A DNA stretch of 32,000 bases, taken from NCBI GenBank assembly GCA_965234525.1, contig OZ248515.1, positions 1,864,492 to 1,896,491 on the forward strand. The letters are read 5' to 3'. The notes under the pieces were generated by a model. That model was not told the DNA's origin, ran no database searches, and was given only the letters and a program-made list of their open reading frames with translations. Position numbers and translations under genes: made by a program. Below are positions 16,405 through 25,940 of this stretch, in pieces. Each line of letters opens with the position of its first letter. The first letter of the stretch is position 1. This DNA is from Caulobacteraceae bacterium. GTDB taxonomy: Bacteria > Pseudomonadota > Alphaproteobacteria > Caulobacterales > Aquidulcibacteraceae.

Positions 16405-16752
16405 ATGGATTCATTTGCTTATAAGATTGAAACACGTGGTGCTTGGGCAAAGGCCCAGAGCGCTGGCGTCTATACGGGCTCGGCCCTCGATGTGACCGAT
16501 GGCTTCATCCATCTCTCTGCTCTGGATCAGGTGCGCGCGACGCTGACGATGTGGTTTAAAGACCAACCTGATTTGATCTTGGCCAAGATCGATTTGGCAT
16601 CTTTGGGCGACACTGTAGTGTGGGAGGCATCGCGGGGCGGAGCGCTGTTTCCTCACATTTATGGCCCCATCCCAATGTCTGCCGTGCGAGAAGTAATCGA
16701 CTTGGCCCTGTTAGCTGATGGTAGCCACGACCTGCCTCAGATTTTCCCATGA
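16405..16752 (+). CDS. DUF952 domain protein
   Basis: 115 aa with the typical DUF952 pattern (DGFIHLS ... FPHIYGPI). Confidence 0.75.
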   Translation: MDSFAYKIETRGAWAKAQSAGVYTGSALDVTDGFIHLSALDQVRATLTMWFKDQPDLILAKIDLASLGDTVVWEASRGGALFPHIYGPIPMSAVREVIDLALLADGSHDLPQIFP

Positions 16753-16759
16753 GTTTCCC

Positions 16760-17767
16760 ATGATCGACCTTTATGCCAAGGCTACACAGGCGTTACGTGC
16801 CCTGCCTGCTGAGACAGCCCATCAAGCCACCATCGCTGGCTTGAAAGCGGGCTTTGGCCCTAAAGCCAAGCCTGACCGTCCCGAAGACGCCGTGCAGCTT
16901 GCAGGCCTTACCTTGCCGAACCGGATCGGGCTTGCGGCTGGCTTTGATAAGAATGCCGAAGTGCCTGACGCCATGCTGGCGGCAGGCTTTGGCTTTGTCG
17001 AATGCGGCACCGTCACGCCGCGCCCGCAGGCGGGTAATCCTAAGCCGCGCTTATTCCGCTTGGTCGAAGATCAAGCAGTCATCAATCGCATGGGCTTTAA
17101 CAATGAAGGCCTCACTCCTTTTGTGAACCGCTTGCGCGCCCGTGCACACCGGCCCGGCATTGTTGGTGCCAATATCGGTGCCAATAAGGATAGCGAAGAC
17201 CGCATCGCCGATTATTGCGAAGGGCTGCGGCGGGTGTGGTTGCATGCCTCCTACATCACGATCAATATCTCCTCGCCCAACACACCGGGCCTGCGCGCGC
17301 TACAGACCCGTGCCGCGTTGGAAGATTTGTTGGGTCAGGTCATGGTTTTCGCAGAGGCACAAACCCGCACCCATGGCCGCAGACCCGTGTTCCTAAAAGT
17401 TGCCCCAGACTTGGACGAGGATGAAGTGCGCGCCATTGCCGAAACGGTGGTGGCACAAAAGATTGACGCACTGATTGTGTCCAACACCACGGTGGACCGC
17501 CCGGACCATCTGCAAGCTAAGCACAAAGGCGAACAAGGCGGCCTGTCTGGCCGACCCGTATTTGAGAAATCCACCCGCTTGTTGAAAGAGTTCAAGGGTG
17601 CACTTGGCAATGCCATGCCCTTGATCGGTGTTGGGGGCGTGGCGTCAGCCGAAGATGCGCAGGCCAAGTTCGAGGCAGGTGCCGATGCAATCCAGCTTTA
17701 TACGGCGCTAGTTTTTGAAGGGCCGGGTCTTGTCCAGAAGATCAAGGACGGGTTGAGGGCAGGCTGA
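16760..17767 (+). CDS. pyrD: Dihydroorotate dehydrogenase (quinone), class 2
   Basis: GLAAGFDKNAE, GFVECGTVTPRPQAGNPKPRLFR, INISSPNTPGLR and SNTT...GGLSG. I chose the ATG at 16760 (MIDLYAK); the track start at 16718 would overlap the DUF952 gene. Confidence 0.9.
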   Translation: MIDLYAKATQALRALPAETAHQATIAGLKAGFGPKAKPDRPEDAVQLAGLTLPNRIGLAAGFDKNAEVPDAMLAAGFGFVECGTVTPRPQAGNPKPRLFRLVEDQAVINRMGFNNEGLTPFVNRLRARAHRPGIVGANIGANKDSEDRIADYCEGLRRVWLHASYITINISSPNTPGLRALQTRAALEDLLGQVMVFAEAQTRTHGRRPVFLKVAPDLDEDEVRAIAETVVAQKIDALIVSNTTVDRPDHLQAKHKGEQGGLSGRPVFEKSTRLLKEFKGALGNAMPLIGVGGVASAEDAQAKFEAGADAIQLYTALVFEGPGLVQKIKDGLRAG

Positions 17768-17771
17768 GCCC

Positions 17772-18680
17772 ATGCGCCTCCTGCCGATCGTCCACCATCC
17801 CGACTACACGGCTGATACGCCAGACGGCCATCGCTTCCCCATGCAGAAGTTTGCGCGTCTGGCACAAATATTACGCGATGATGGTTTGGCGCCACACGGC
17901 TTTGTGACGCCAGAGCGCATCGCACGGGCAGATTTGATCCGCGCCCATACGCCTGCCTATGTCGATGCGGTATTGGGTCGGACTTTAGACCCAGCAGCCG
18001 TTCGACGCATTGGTTTTAGCCTGACAGAGCGCGTCGTCCTTCGCGCGCAACTGGCTACTGCGGGTACGCTTTTAGCTGCCCGTCTCGCGCTGCAAGGGGG
18101 CCTTGCCTGCAACAGTGCTGGCGGTAGCCACCATGCCCGGGCAGACCAAGGTGCAGGCTTTTGCGTCTTCAATGATGTGGCGGTCGCCGCCTCAGTCTTG
18201 CTGGCAGAAGGCCTTGTGCGACAGATTTTGGTGGTCGATTTAGACGTGCATCACGGCGACGGCACGGCTCTAATCTTTCAGGGTGAGCCCCATGTCTTCA
18301 CCTTTTCCATGCATTGCGATGACAATTGGCCTCTGGAAAAGCCACCTTCAGATATGGATCTCGCGTTGCCGAAGGGGACCGGGGATGCTGGCTATCTGGC
18401 GGCATTAGATGATTATTTGCCTGCCTTATTGGATCAGGTTCGCCCGGATCTGGTCTTTTACATCGCTGGTGTTGATCCACATCAGGATGATCGCTTGGGC
18501 AAGCTTGCCTTGACCGATCAAGGTCTCATGAAGCGAGAGCGCCGCGTGATCGAAGCGGTGCGTCGGCGGGCGATTCCTTTGGTGACAGTCCTGGGTGGCG
18601 GTTATGGCCAGGATGTGGACGCGGTCGCTCGACGGCATAGTCTTGTATTTCACGCGGCGGCGGATTTTTTGGTGGGGTGA
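17772..18680 (+). CDS. Histone deacetylase family protein (AcuC/acetylpolyamine amidohydrolase-like)
   Basis: GGSHHA, FCVFNDVA, DLDVHHGDGT and GGGY motifs. It starts 4 nt after the pyrD stop. Confidence 0.85.
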   Translation: MRLLPIVHHPDYTADTPDGHRFPMQKFARLAQILRDDGLAPHGFVTPERIARADLIRAHTPAYVDAVLGRTLDPAAVRRIGFSLTERVVLRAQLATAGTLLAARLALQGGLACNSAGGSHHARADQGAGFCVFNDVAVAASVLLAEGLVRQILVVDLDVHHGDGTALIFQGEPHVFTFSMHCDDNWPLEKPPSDMDLALPKGTGDAGYLAALDDYLPALLDQVRPDLVFYIAGVDPHQDDRLGKLALTDQGLMKRERRVIEAVRRRAIPLVTVLGGGYGQDVDAVARRHSLVFHAAADFLVG

Positions 18681-18767
18681 CCAGAGACGCACCCATTAAG
18701 TCACCTGCCATCCCCGCTGGAGCGTCAGCGCAGCGCGGGGACCTCAGAGGACTTTGCGGAAGGAGGT

Positions 18768-18792
18768 CCCGGATCGGCTTTCGCCGTCCGGG
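18768..18792. terminator. Strong hairpin between convergent HDAC-like and ALDH genes
   Basis: In CCCGGATCGGCTTTCGCCGTCCGGG the stem is 6 bp, a 1-nt bulge, then 4 bp, closed by a TTTC tetraloop. A T-run (CCTTTTATT) follows about 10 nt downstream on the + strand. Confidence 0.4.
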
Positions 18793-18805
18793 ATGACAGT
18801 ACCTT

Positions 18806-20245
18806 TTATTCAGCCGCGACCGCGCCATAGCCCATGACGGCTTTGACTTCGAGGAACTCTTCAAGACCGAAGTCGCCCCATTCGCGGCCATTGCCGGACT
18901 GCTTATAGCCACCGAAGGGCGCGACCGTGTCGGTGCTGGCGCCGTTGATGTGGATCATGCCTGCGCGGATTTGCTTGGCAACAGAGCGTGCATGGTCGAG
19001 GTTTTCGGACTGGACATAGCCCGACAGGCCATAAACCGTGTCATTCGCCATCGCGACGGCGTCTGCTTCTGAATCGTAGGGGATCATCGTCAGCACGGGG
19101 CCAAAGATTTCTTCGCGTGCGATTGTGGTGTCATTGGTATCGCTGACAAACACAGTTGGGCGCACGAAATAGCCTTTATTGAAGCCTTCAGGGCGACCCA
19201 TGCCACCAGCTACGAGCGTGGCTTCTTTCATACCGATTTCGATCAAGGATTGGACCTTCTCGAATTGGCGGCCATTGGCCAATGGGCCCATGGCAAAGCG
19301 CTTGTCGCCGGCAGGATCAGCAACCACAACCGATTCAGCCGTGGCTTTGGCAACAGCGGTTGCTTCGCCAAGTTTCGCGCGTGGCACGAACATGCGGGTT
19401 GGCGCGTTACAGGACTGGCCCGAATTGGTCATGACTTGCATGACGCCCGAAGAAACCGCCTTTTGAATGTCGGCATCTTCCAAAACGATGTTGGGTGACT
19501 TGCCGCCCAGTTCTTGTGCGATGCGCTTTACGGTTGGCGCTGCACTCTTGGCGATTTCAATGCCAGCGCGGGTCGAACCGGTGAAGGACACGAAGTCGAC
19601 TTCGTCATGGGTCGACAAGACGCTGCCAACACCTGGACCATCGCCATTGACGAGGTTGAACACGCCCTTAGGCACGCCGGCTTCATGAATGATGTCGGCC
19701 AAGATCATAGCGTCGAGCGGAGCGAGTTCGGATGGCTTCAACACCATGGTGCAACCAGCAGCCAAAGCAGGGCCAACCTTGCAGCCGATTTGGTTCATGG
19801 GCCAGTTCCAAGGCGTGATCAGGCTGCACACACCAATCGCTTCATAGCGAATGCGGGTGTTGCCGCGCGAATGCTCCCAGGTGAATTCTTTCAGCGCATT
19901 CAAAGCACCCATCAATTGGCCGAGGCCAGCTGGGGCTTGGGCGGCTGTTGCCAGCCACATGGGCGCGCCCATTTCTTGGCTGATGGCATGGGCGATTTCA
20001 GGCAGCTTGGCCGAATAAAGCGCAATGATCTTTTCCAAGAGCGCAATGCGCTCATCATGGCTGGTTTCGGAGAAAGCGGGGAAGGCGGCGCGTGCGGCGA
20101 GGATGGCCTTTACCGCGTCTGCTTCACCACCCAAAGAGATGACGGCAATCGCTTCTTCCGTTGCCGGATTGATGACATGGTGATCGAGCGGCGTGACCGG
20201 ATCAACCCAAGCGCCGTCGATGTAGAATTGTTTGCGTTCAATCAT
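18806..20245 (-). CDS. NAD(P)-dependent aldehyde dehydrogenase family protein
   Basis: ITPWNWP, FTGST, ELGGKSP and the catalytic-Cys context GQSCNAPTR. I chose the ATG at 20245 (MIERKQFYIDGAWV) because AGGGAG lies upstream; the track start is 20347. Confidence 0.9.
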   Translation of the reverse strand: MIERKQFYIDGAWVDPVTPLDHHVINPATEEAIAVISLGGEADAVKAILAARAAFPAFSETSHDERIALLEKIIALYSAKLPEIAHAISQEMGAPMWLATAAQAPAGLGQLMGALNALKEFTWEHSRGNTRIRYEAIGVCSLITPWNWPMNQIGCKVGPALAAGCTMVLKPSELAPLDAMILADIIHEAGVPKGVFNLVNGDGPGVGSVLSTHDEVDFVSFTGSTRAGIEIAKSAAPTVKRIAQELGGKSPNIVLEDADIQKAVSSGVMQVMTNSGQSCNAPTRMFVPRAKLGEATAVAKATAESVVVADPAGDKRFAMGPLANGRQFEKVQSLIEIGMKEATLVAGGMGRPEGFNKGYFVRPTVFVSDTNDTTIAREEIFGPVLTMIPYDSEADAVAMANDTVYGLSGYVQSENLDHARSVAKQIRAGMIHINGASTDTVAPFGGYKQSGNGREWGDFGLEEFLEVKAVMGYGAVAAE

Positions 20246-20391
20246 GGCAGACTCCCTTTTTGCGTCTCTCAACCCCGTTGATCGGAGCTTGTGCGTAGCG
20301 GCCCCTTCATACCAAGGTCCACGCGACATGGCGAGGGACCTACACATGAAATTTATAGCCCCGAACGCAAAAGGGGTGTGGGCAAGTTAGC

Positions 20392-21927
20392 CTAGCGGCG
20401 GCGCAATGATCCCATCAGCCCGCGCATCAATTCCCGCCCAATGGTGGAACTGGCTTGACGCACCATGGTTTTCATCGCGGTCTCGGCCAAACTCTGACGA
20501 GACCGGCCGGAGCGACCACGTGAGGTACCAAAAATCGCCTCCATGATCCCACCACCATCGTCTTGCTGTTCTTCCACTTGACGGGTGGACTTGGAGCGTG
20601 CGGGCTCAGGCTGTTCTAACTCGGCTTGTTGGGCTTCAAGTTCTGCCGCTTTGCGCTCCAAGATTTCAAACGCGCTGTCGCGGTCAACCACGGCATCGTA
20701 GCGCGGGCCGATAGGGCTTGCAGAAATTACGCGCGCGCGAGCCTCGGGTGAGCAGGGACCAACTTGGCTCAGCGGTGGACGGATAAAGGTTCGTTCCACA
20801 ATCGTCGGGATACCCTTCGCGTCGAGCGTGGAGACCAAGGCCTCGCCCACGCCCAAGGCCGTGATCATATCTTCAGTCTTAAAGCCTGGATTGGGCCGGA
20901 AGCTCTCGGCAGCAATGCGGACCGCCTTTGTCTCGCTTGGCGTATAGGCGCGTAGTGCATGCTGAACCCGATTACCCAATTGCGCGAGGACGGTTTCTGG
21001 AATGTCTTGCGGGTTCTGGGTAACGAAATAGATACCCACACCCTTAGAGCGGATCAGGCGCACCACTTGCTCGATGGTGTTCAGAAGCGCCTTTGGTGCG
21101 TCTCGGAACAATAAATGGGCTTCATCAAAGAAGAACACCATTTTCGGACGGTCCATATCGCCAACTTCTGGCAATTGCTCGAATAATTCCGACAGCATCC
21201 AAAGCAAGAAGGTCGAGTATAGCGTTGGGCTCTGGACCAGACGATCTGCCGCCAGAATATTGACGATACCTTTGCCGGATAGGTCAGTCCGCATGAAGTC
21301 ACGCAGATCGAGCGCAGGCTCACCAAAGAAGCCATCGGCTCCAGCTTGATCCAATTGCATGATCTTACGCTGAAGCGCAGCAATCGATTGGGGTGTCACT
21401 AGGCCATATTTCTTCGACACGACGCGGTCGTTTTCGGCCATGAAATCGAGAATGGCCTTGAGGTCCTTCATGTCGAGCAGAAATAGGCCTTCTTCATCGG
21501 CCATTTTGAAGGCGACCGCTAACGCACCTTCTTGCGCATCGCTGACTTCCATCAAGCGAGCGAGCAGGGTTGGGCCCATTTCTGAGATCGTGGTGCGAAT
21601 GGGATGACCCTTCTGACCGTAGAGATCCCAATACACGACCGGAGTGGACTCGCTCTTATAGTCGGTCAGACCGATTTGCTCGGCGCGCGCTTTGAATGGG
21701 GGTGAGGGTTCCCACGATTGGCTCATACCCGATAGGTCGCCTTTGATATCAGCGGCAAACACCGGCACACCCGCCCGTGAAAATCCTTCAGCGAGGACTT
21801 GCAGCGTTACGGTCTTGCCCGTGCCGGTCGCACCAGCGACCAAGCCGTGACGGTTGGCCCGCTTCAACAAAAGCTCAATAGAGGCAAGCGGCTCGCCGCC
21901 GGCACCGATCAGAATGGACTCACTCAT
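20392..21927 (-). CDS. HerA-like / DUF853 (YjgR-type) P-loop NTPase
   Basis: Walker A GATGTGKT, Walker B-like MVFFFDEAH, and the basic C-terminal tail typical of the YjgR family. Confidence 0.85.
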   Translation of the reverse strand: MSESILIGAGGEPLASIELLLKRANRHGLVAGATGTGKTVTLQVLAEGFSRAGVPVFAADIKGDLSGMSQSWEPSPPFKARAEQIGLTDYKSESTPVVYWDLYGQKGHPIRTTISEMGPTLLARLMEVSDAQEGALAVAFKMADEEGLFLLDMKDLKAILDFMAENDRVVSKKYGLVTPQSIAALQRKIMQLDQAGADGFFGEPALDLRDFMRTDLSGKGIVNILAADRLVQSPTLYSTFLLWMLSELFEQLPEVGDMDRPKMVFFFDEAHLLFRDAPKALLNTIEQVVRLIRSKGVGIYFVTQNPQDIPETVLAQLGNRVQHALRAYTPSETKAVRIAAESFRPNPGFKTEDMITALGVGEALVSTLDAKGIPTIVERTFIRPPLSQVGPCSPEARARVISASPIGPRYDAVVDRDSAFEILERKAAELEAQQAELEQPEPARSKSTRQVEEQQDDGGGIMEAIFGTSRGRSGRSRQSLAETAMKTMVRQASSTIGRELMRGLMGSLRRR

Positions 21928-22019
21928 GGGTTACACCAAATCCTTCTAAAGGCTCGAGAAAAAGGCTTCGCATCACCTTATTGCGGTCCGATTGGCTTGT
22001 TAAGGGCGAGGGCGGGAAT

Positions 22020-23501
22020 TTAACCGGTCACCAAGGGTCCAATCAGGCCAACCGCGGCGGCAATGATCAGAACTCCAAGCAGATTCAACACAAAACCAAC
22101 GCGCAGCATCTCAGCCTGTTTAGGGGCTCCGGTTGCATAGGCGATGGCATTGGCCGCGGTTGCAATCGGCAGCATGAAGCCAAAGCTAGCGGCAAAGGTC
22201 GCAGAGGCCCCGATCAAAAAGGCATCGCCCCCCGACCCCGCTACCATGGCTGTAAGTACGGGCAACATGGCCGTCAAAGTTGCGACGTTTGAGGCAAGCT
22301 CTGACAGAAACACTGTCGCGGCTACTAGGATCAAGACCACCAAAAGAATGGGCAAGGTGCCAATGCCTGCCATATGGTTGCCTATAAAGGTCGACAGGCC
22401 TGTCGCTTCCAAGGCTGCCGCCATCGATAGGCCACCGCCAAAAAGAATGGCGATGCCCCAGGGGATGCGCTCGGCTACCTCCCAGCCTAAAAGGGCCTTA
22501 TTGGGTTCGGCCTTGTCGCCTGCTGGAACAACAAATAGCGCAACAGCACCCAAAATTGCGATCACCATATCAGTTAGGCCTTGTAAGCCAGGCAGTTTGC
22601 TCAATGGTTCGCGTAAGATCCAAGCTAGGGCGACCGTCAGGAAGATAACCAGCACGCGCGCTTCCTTCGGGCTCATCGGACCTAAAGCTCGCGCTTCGGC
22701 AGCGATGACTTCGCGCGCGGTATCATCACCCAAATGGGCGGGAAGGCGATAGGCGATCTTGGTCAGGATCAGCCAAGTCAAGGGCACCATCACCAAAATG
22801 ATGGCGACACCAATCGCCATCCACTCCGGGAAGCTCAGGCCTACCCCATTGGCGTCCAGCCACTTGGCTCCGATCAAGTTAGTGGGCGATCCGATAGGGG
22901 TGCCGATCCCGCCAATCGACGCGCAATAAGCCACACCCAAAACACAAGCGGCCATCAGTCTCCGTCGTTCCGGGCCTGCAGGTGCCGCTGCCGTGCAGAC
23001 CGCCAAGGCAATCGGCGTCATCATCAAAGCGGTGGCGGTATTGGAAATCCACATCGACAACAAAGTAGTTGCGATCATAAACCCACCTACAATGGCAGCT
23101 GGGCTTGAACCGACAGCGGATAAGACATGGATGGCGATGCGGCGGTGTAGTCCGGATTGTTCAATGGCAGCAGCAATCATAAAGCCGCCGATGAATAAAA
23201 AGATGATTGGGTCGGCATAAGGGGCCGCGGCATCAACCGGCTTTAAGACGCCCAGCAAAGGCAAGACGCCCAGCGGCAGAAGGGCAGTTGCGGCAACGGG
23301 GATTGCCTCACTCACCCACCAAATGATCATCAAAGCCAAAAGGCAAAGGGCTTTCCAAGCCTTGGGATCGAGGCCCTCAGGGGCACCAACCCAAAGCATG
23401 ATCGCCGCGACCACAAGTCCCAAGACAAAGCCGATCTTCTGGCCAACACCAGATGTGCCATGACCTTCTTCAAAATCTGTCTCATGGGCCGGTTGCGGCA
23501 T
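22020..23501 (-). CDS. SLC13/DASS family anion (di/tricarboxylate or sulfate):cation symporter
   Basis: A 493-aa polytopic protein with typical DASS segments (WWVSEAIPVAATALLP, GSPTNLI, ASFGFMLPIATAANA). Confidence 0.85.
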   Translation of the reverse strand: MPQPAHETDFEEGHGTSGVGQKIGFVLGLVVAAIMLWVGAPEGLDPKAWKALCLLALMIIWWVSEAIPVAATALLPLGVLPLLGVLKPVDAAAPYADPIIFLFIGGFMIAAAIEQSGLHRRIAIHVLSAVGSSPAAIVGGFMIATTLLSMWISNTATALMMTPIALAVCTAAAPAGPERRRLMAACVLGVAYCASIGGIGTPIGSPTNLIGAKWLDANGVGLSFPEWMAIGVAIILVMVPLTWLILTKIAYRLPAHLGDDTAREVIAAEARALGPMSPKEARVLVIFLTVALAWILREPLSKLPGLQGLTDMVIAILGAVALFVVPAGDKAEPNKALLGWEVAERIPWGIAILFGGGLSMAAALEATGLSTFIGNHMAGIGTLPILLVVLILVAATVFLSELASNVATLTAMLPVLTAMVAGSGGDAFLIGASATFAASFGFMLPIATAANAIAYATGAPKQAEMLRVGFVLNLLGVLIIAAAVGLIGPLVTG

Positions 23502-23590
23502 TGGGTTTCCTCAAATGTGTTAATCGTGTTGACTGATACTCAGGGTTTTGAGGCCTCGACAAGTACGGGCGGTCTTGGCAGAGGTGAGCC

Positions 23591-25195
23591 ATGACATACA
23601 AAGATTTTATCGCCCGTGGCCAGTTCGCAGCCTCTATTTCCTTATCAACTCTTTTGCTCGATCTGGCGCGTCACAAACGCTTGAACTTTCAGTGCGCCGG
23701 TTTGCATTTCGATTTTTCCCGCGCCCTTCTCAGTCAAACGGATTTAGACGCCCTCATCCTCCATGCCCAAGAAATTGGAGTCGAACAAGCACGATCCGAT
23801 CTTTTTGCCGGCAAAGCAATCAACGTGACCGAGGATCGCGCTGTTATGCATATGTCCCTGCGTCAGCCTGACCGGGACTTTATGGCCAAGGGTGAAGCGG
23901 TCAGCGCGGCCGTGCGTGCAGGCCGGGCTGCCGCAACGGCCTTTGCTAACGCCGTTCGCGATGGGTCGATTGCGGCCTCTGATGGTCGCCCGTTCAAGTC
24001 GATCGTCCATATCGGGATTGGCGGATCAGATCTTGGACCACGACTTGTTTATGAAGCTTTGGCCCCAACAGCGGGCAGTGACATCATTTTGCGCTTTGCC
24101 GCCAATATTGAACCCGGAGAATTAGCCGCGGCGCTCGTTGGCCTCGATCCGCGCGAGACCTTGATCCTGTGCGTGTCGAAGACATTCACGACGCTGGAGA
24201 CTTTGGAAAATCTGAAGGCGGCCCGCGCTTGGCTGCAGGCTGCCATCGGTCCAGATGATAGCGCCCATCTGGTTGCGATCAGTGCAGCGCCTGAAAAAAC
24301 CAAGGCAGCGGGCTTTAAGCCTGACCGCGTCTTTGACTTTAAAGAATGGGTGGGCGGACGTTTCTCTCTTTGGTCGGCCGTCGGCCTTTCGTGTGAAATC
24401 GCCTTGGGCCCGGAAGTCGTGGCCGAGATGCATGCCGGGGCCGCCGCGATGGACAATTTGTTTGAGGCCTTGCCACTAGCAGACAACCCCGTCGTTATCG
24501 CCAGTCTGATAGGCTGGTGGAATCGCACCTGCCTAAATTTCAAAAGCCGTGCCGTCATTCCCTATGCCAAGCGCTTGCGCCTGTTGCCGCAATTCCTGCA
24601 GCAATTGGAGATGGAGTCGAATGGCAAGTCGGTCAATCTAGATGGAGAGGGCGTTGAAACGTCCGGTCCAGTTGTCTGGGGTGCAGAAGGCACAAACGCC
24701 CAACATGCCTTCTTCCAGCATCTGCACCAGAGCCCCGATGTCACCCCGGTAGAGTTTATCGCCATCGCGCAAGATGACGAAGATGCGCCGGTTCGCACCC
24801 GCATGACCTTAGCCAATGTCTTGGCGCAAGCTGAGGCGCTAACCCATGGCAAGAGTTTGGCTTCGGTTATCGAAACGATGCAAGCCGCCGGCGCAAGCGC
24901 GGAGCAAATTGCCACTATCGCCCCACACCGGGTTTTCAAAGGCAATCGCCCGTCCAGCTTTGTGTTGATGGATCGTCTGAGCCCCGCTAATTTCGGGGCC
25001 TATCTGGCCTTCTGTGAGCACCGCACCTTTGTTGAAGGCAAGCTATGGGGCGTCAATTCCTTTGATCAATGGGGTGTGGAATTGGGCAAAGTGATTGCCA
25101 GCGAGATCGACCTTGATCTGCAAAATGGCCCAAGCGACCGCCGTGACCCTGCCAGTGTAGCGATGATTGAGCGGATCCGTGCACTTCGGGTTTAG
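23591..25195 (+). CDS. pgi: Glucose-6-phosphate isomerase
   Basis: IGIGGSDLGP, SKTFTTLET, GGRFSLWSAVG, ESNGK and WGVELGK motifs. GAGGTGA lies upstream of the ATG. Confidence 0.92.
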   Translation: MTYKDFIARGQFAASISLSTLLLDLARHKRLNFQCAGLHFDFSRALLSQTDLDALILHAQEIGVEQARSDLFAGKAINVTEDRAVMHMSLRQPDRDFMAKGEAVSAAVRAGRAAATAFANAVRDGSIAASDGRPFKSIVHIGIGGSDLGPRLVYEALAPTAGSDIILRFAANIEPGELAAALVGLDPRETLILCVSKTFTTLETLENLKAARAWLQAAIGPDDSAHLVAISAAPEKTKAAGFKPDRVFDFKEWVGGRFSLWSAVGLSCEIALGPEVVAEMHAGAAAMDNLFEALPLADNPVVIASLIGWWNRTCLNFKSRAVIPYAKRLRLLPQFLQQLEMESNGKSVNLDGEGVETSGPVVWGAEGTNAQHAFFQHLHQSPDVTPVEFIAIAQDDEDAPVRTRMTLANVLAQAEALTHGKSLASVIETMQAAGASAEQIATIAPHRVFKGNRPSSFVLMDRLSPANFGAYLAFCEHRTFVEGKLWGVNSFDQWGVELGKVIASEIDLDLQNGPSDRRDPASVAMIERIRALRV

Positions 25196-25938
25196 CCGAA
25201 CATGACTTTCGCGGCCGCAGCTTTTACCGGCAAGGTCTCAATCCCCGCATCCTTAAGGGTTGTAATCACATCCTCAAGATTTTGCGGCGTGCAACCATAG
25301 TCTGATGGGTCTGGCCCGACATCGTGGGTGAAAAAGATGATCCATGCGTTGCGCTCTTTGGCTTCGGCCACGAGATCGCGGACCTGGCCGATATCATGCT
25401 GGCGGCGCTCTATCCCAATGGCGCGCAACTCAGCGAAATCTATTCGACCTGTGTTCAGCCCCCGATAAACGCCCCGGCAGGTAAAGAATTGGCGCGCATA
25501 ATAGGCTTTGGCTGCCAAACTCACCGCGCCGTAGGGATAGGCAAAGCTGGTCATCATCACATCACCCAGCGTCTCTCGTACAAAGTTCGCATTGGCTTGC
25601 CGATCTCGATCGCGCGCGGTGTCCGATAGCTTGGTGACAAAGGGGTGGGCAAAGGTGTGACAGGCTATCTCATGGCCCGCTTGATGTAGGGCCAAAAGGT
25701 CATGGGCTTCATGCTGGGCACGGTCTTCAAAGGTCTCACCTGTATGGCCACCACACACGTAGAAGGTACCTTGGATTTCAGCGCGTTCTAGAATAGGCGC
25801 GCCGACGCGAGCAGCCGAAAACGGAATGTCGTCAAAGCTAATCGAGGCGACCGCTTGTGTCAGGCGCGACTGGATTGGGTTTAAGGGGATGGCGCGGGTT
25901 ATGGCCCCTTCGATGCGTGTCAGAAGTCTGGATGCCAT
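25192..25938 (-). CDS. Polysaccharide deacetylase (NodB/CE4 family), no signal peptide
   Basis: NodB motifs are SFDD (motif 1), CHTFAHP (HxxxxH) and AYPYG. There is no N-terminal hydrophobic segment. It starts 2 nt after the upstream FkbH-like stop. Confidence 0.85.
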   Translation of the reverse strand: MASRLLTRIEGAITRAIPLNPIQSRLTQAVASISFDDIPFSAARVGAPILERAEIQGTFYVCGGHTGETFEDRAQHEAHDLLALHQAGHEIACHTFAHPFVTKLSDTARDRDRQANANFVRETLGDVMMTSFAYPYGAVSLAAKAYYARQFFTCRGVYRGLNTGRIDFAELRAIGIERRQHDIGQVRDLVAEAKERNAWIIFFTHDVGPDPSDYGCTPQNLEDVITTLKDAGIETLPVKAAAAKVMFG

Positions 25939-25940
25939 AG

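Noticed and set aside
20315-20341. AGGTCC-N15-GGACCT inverted repeat and TATAAAT-like element upstream of the aldehyde dehydrogenase
   Set aside because: The arms are only 6 bp with a long unstructured spacer, and I could not place a convincing -35 at a proper distance. This is too weak to call a regulatory site or terminator.
20392-21927. HerA-like ATPase as the core of a defence system
   Set aside because: It is the YjgR/DUF853 type, with the usual basic C-terminal tail, and it stands alone. There is no adjacent nuclease, NurA, SIR2, DUF4297 or other effector. The neighbours are an aldehyde dehydrogenase and a DASS transporter. It looks like a conserved housekeeping orphan rather than a defence island.
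22020-23501. DASS/SLC13 transporter as the sulfate handling partner of the sulfatase locus
   Set aside because: It lies 15 kb away on the opposite strand, separated by many unrelated housekeeping genes. The DASS family cannot be assigned to sulfate versus dicarboxylate from motifs alone.
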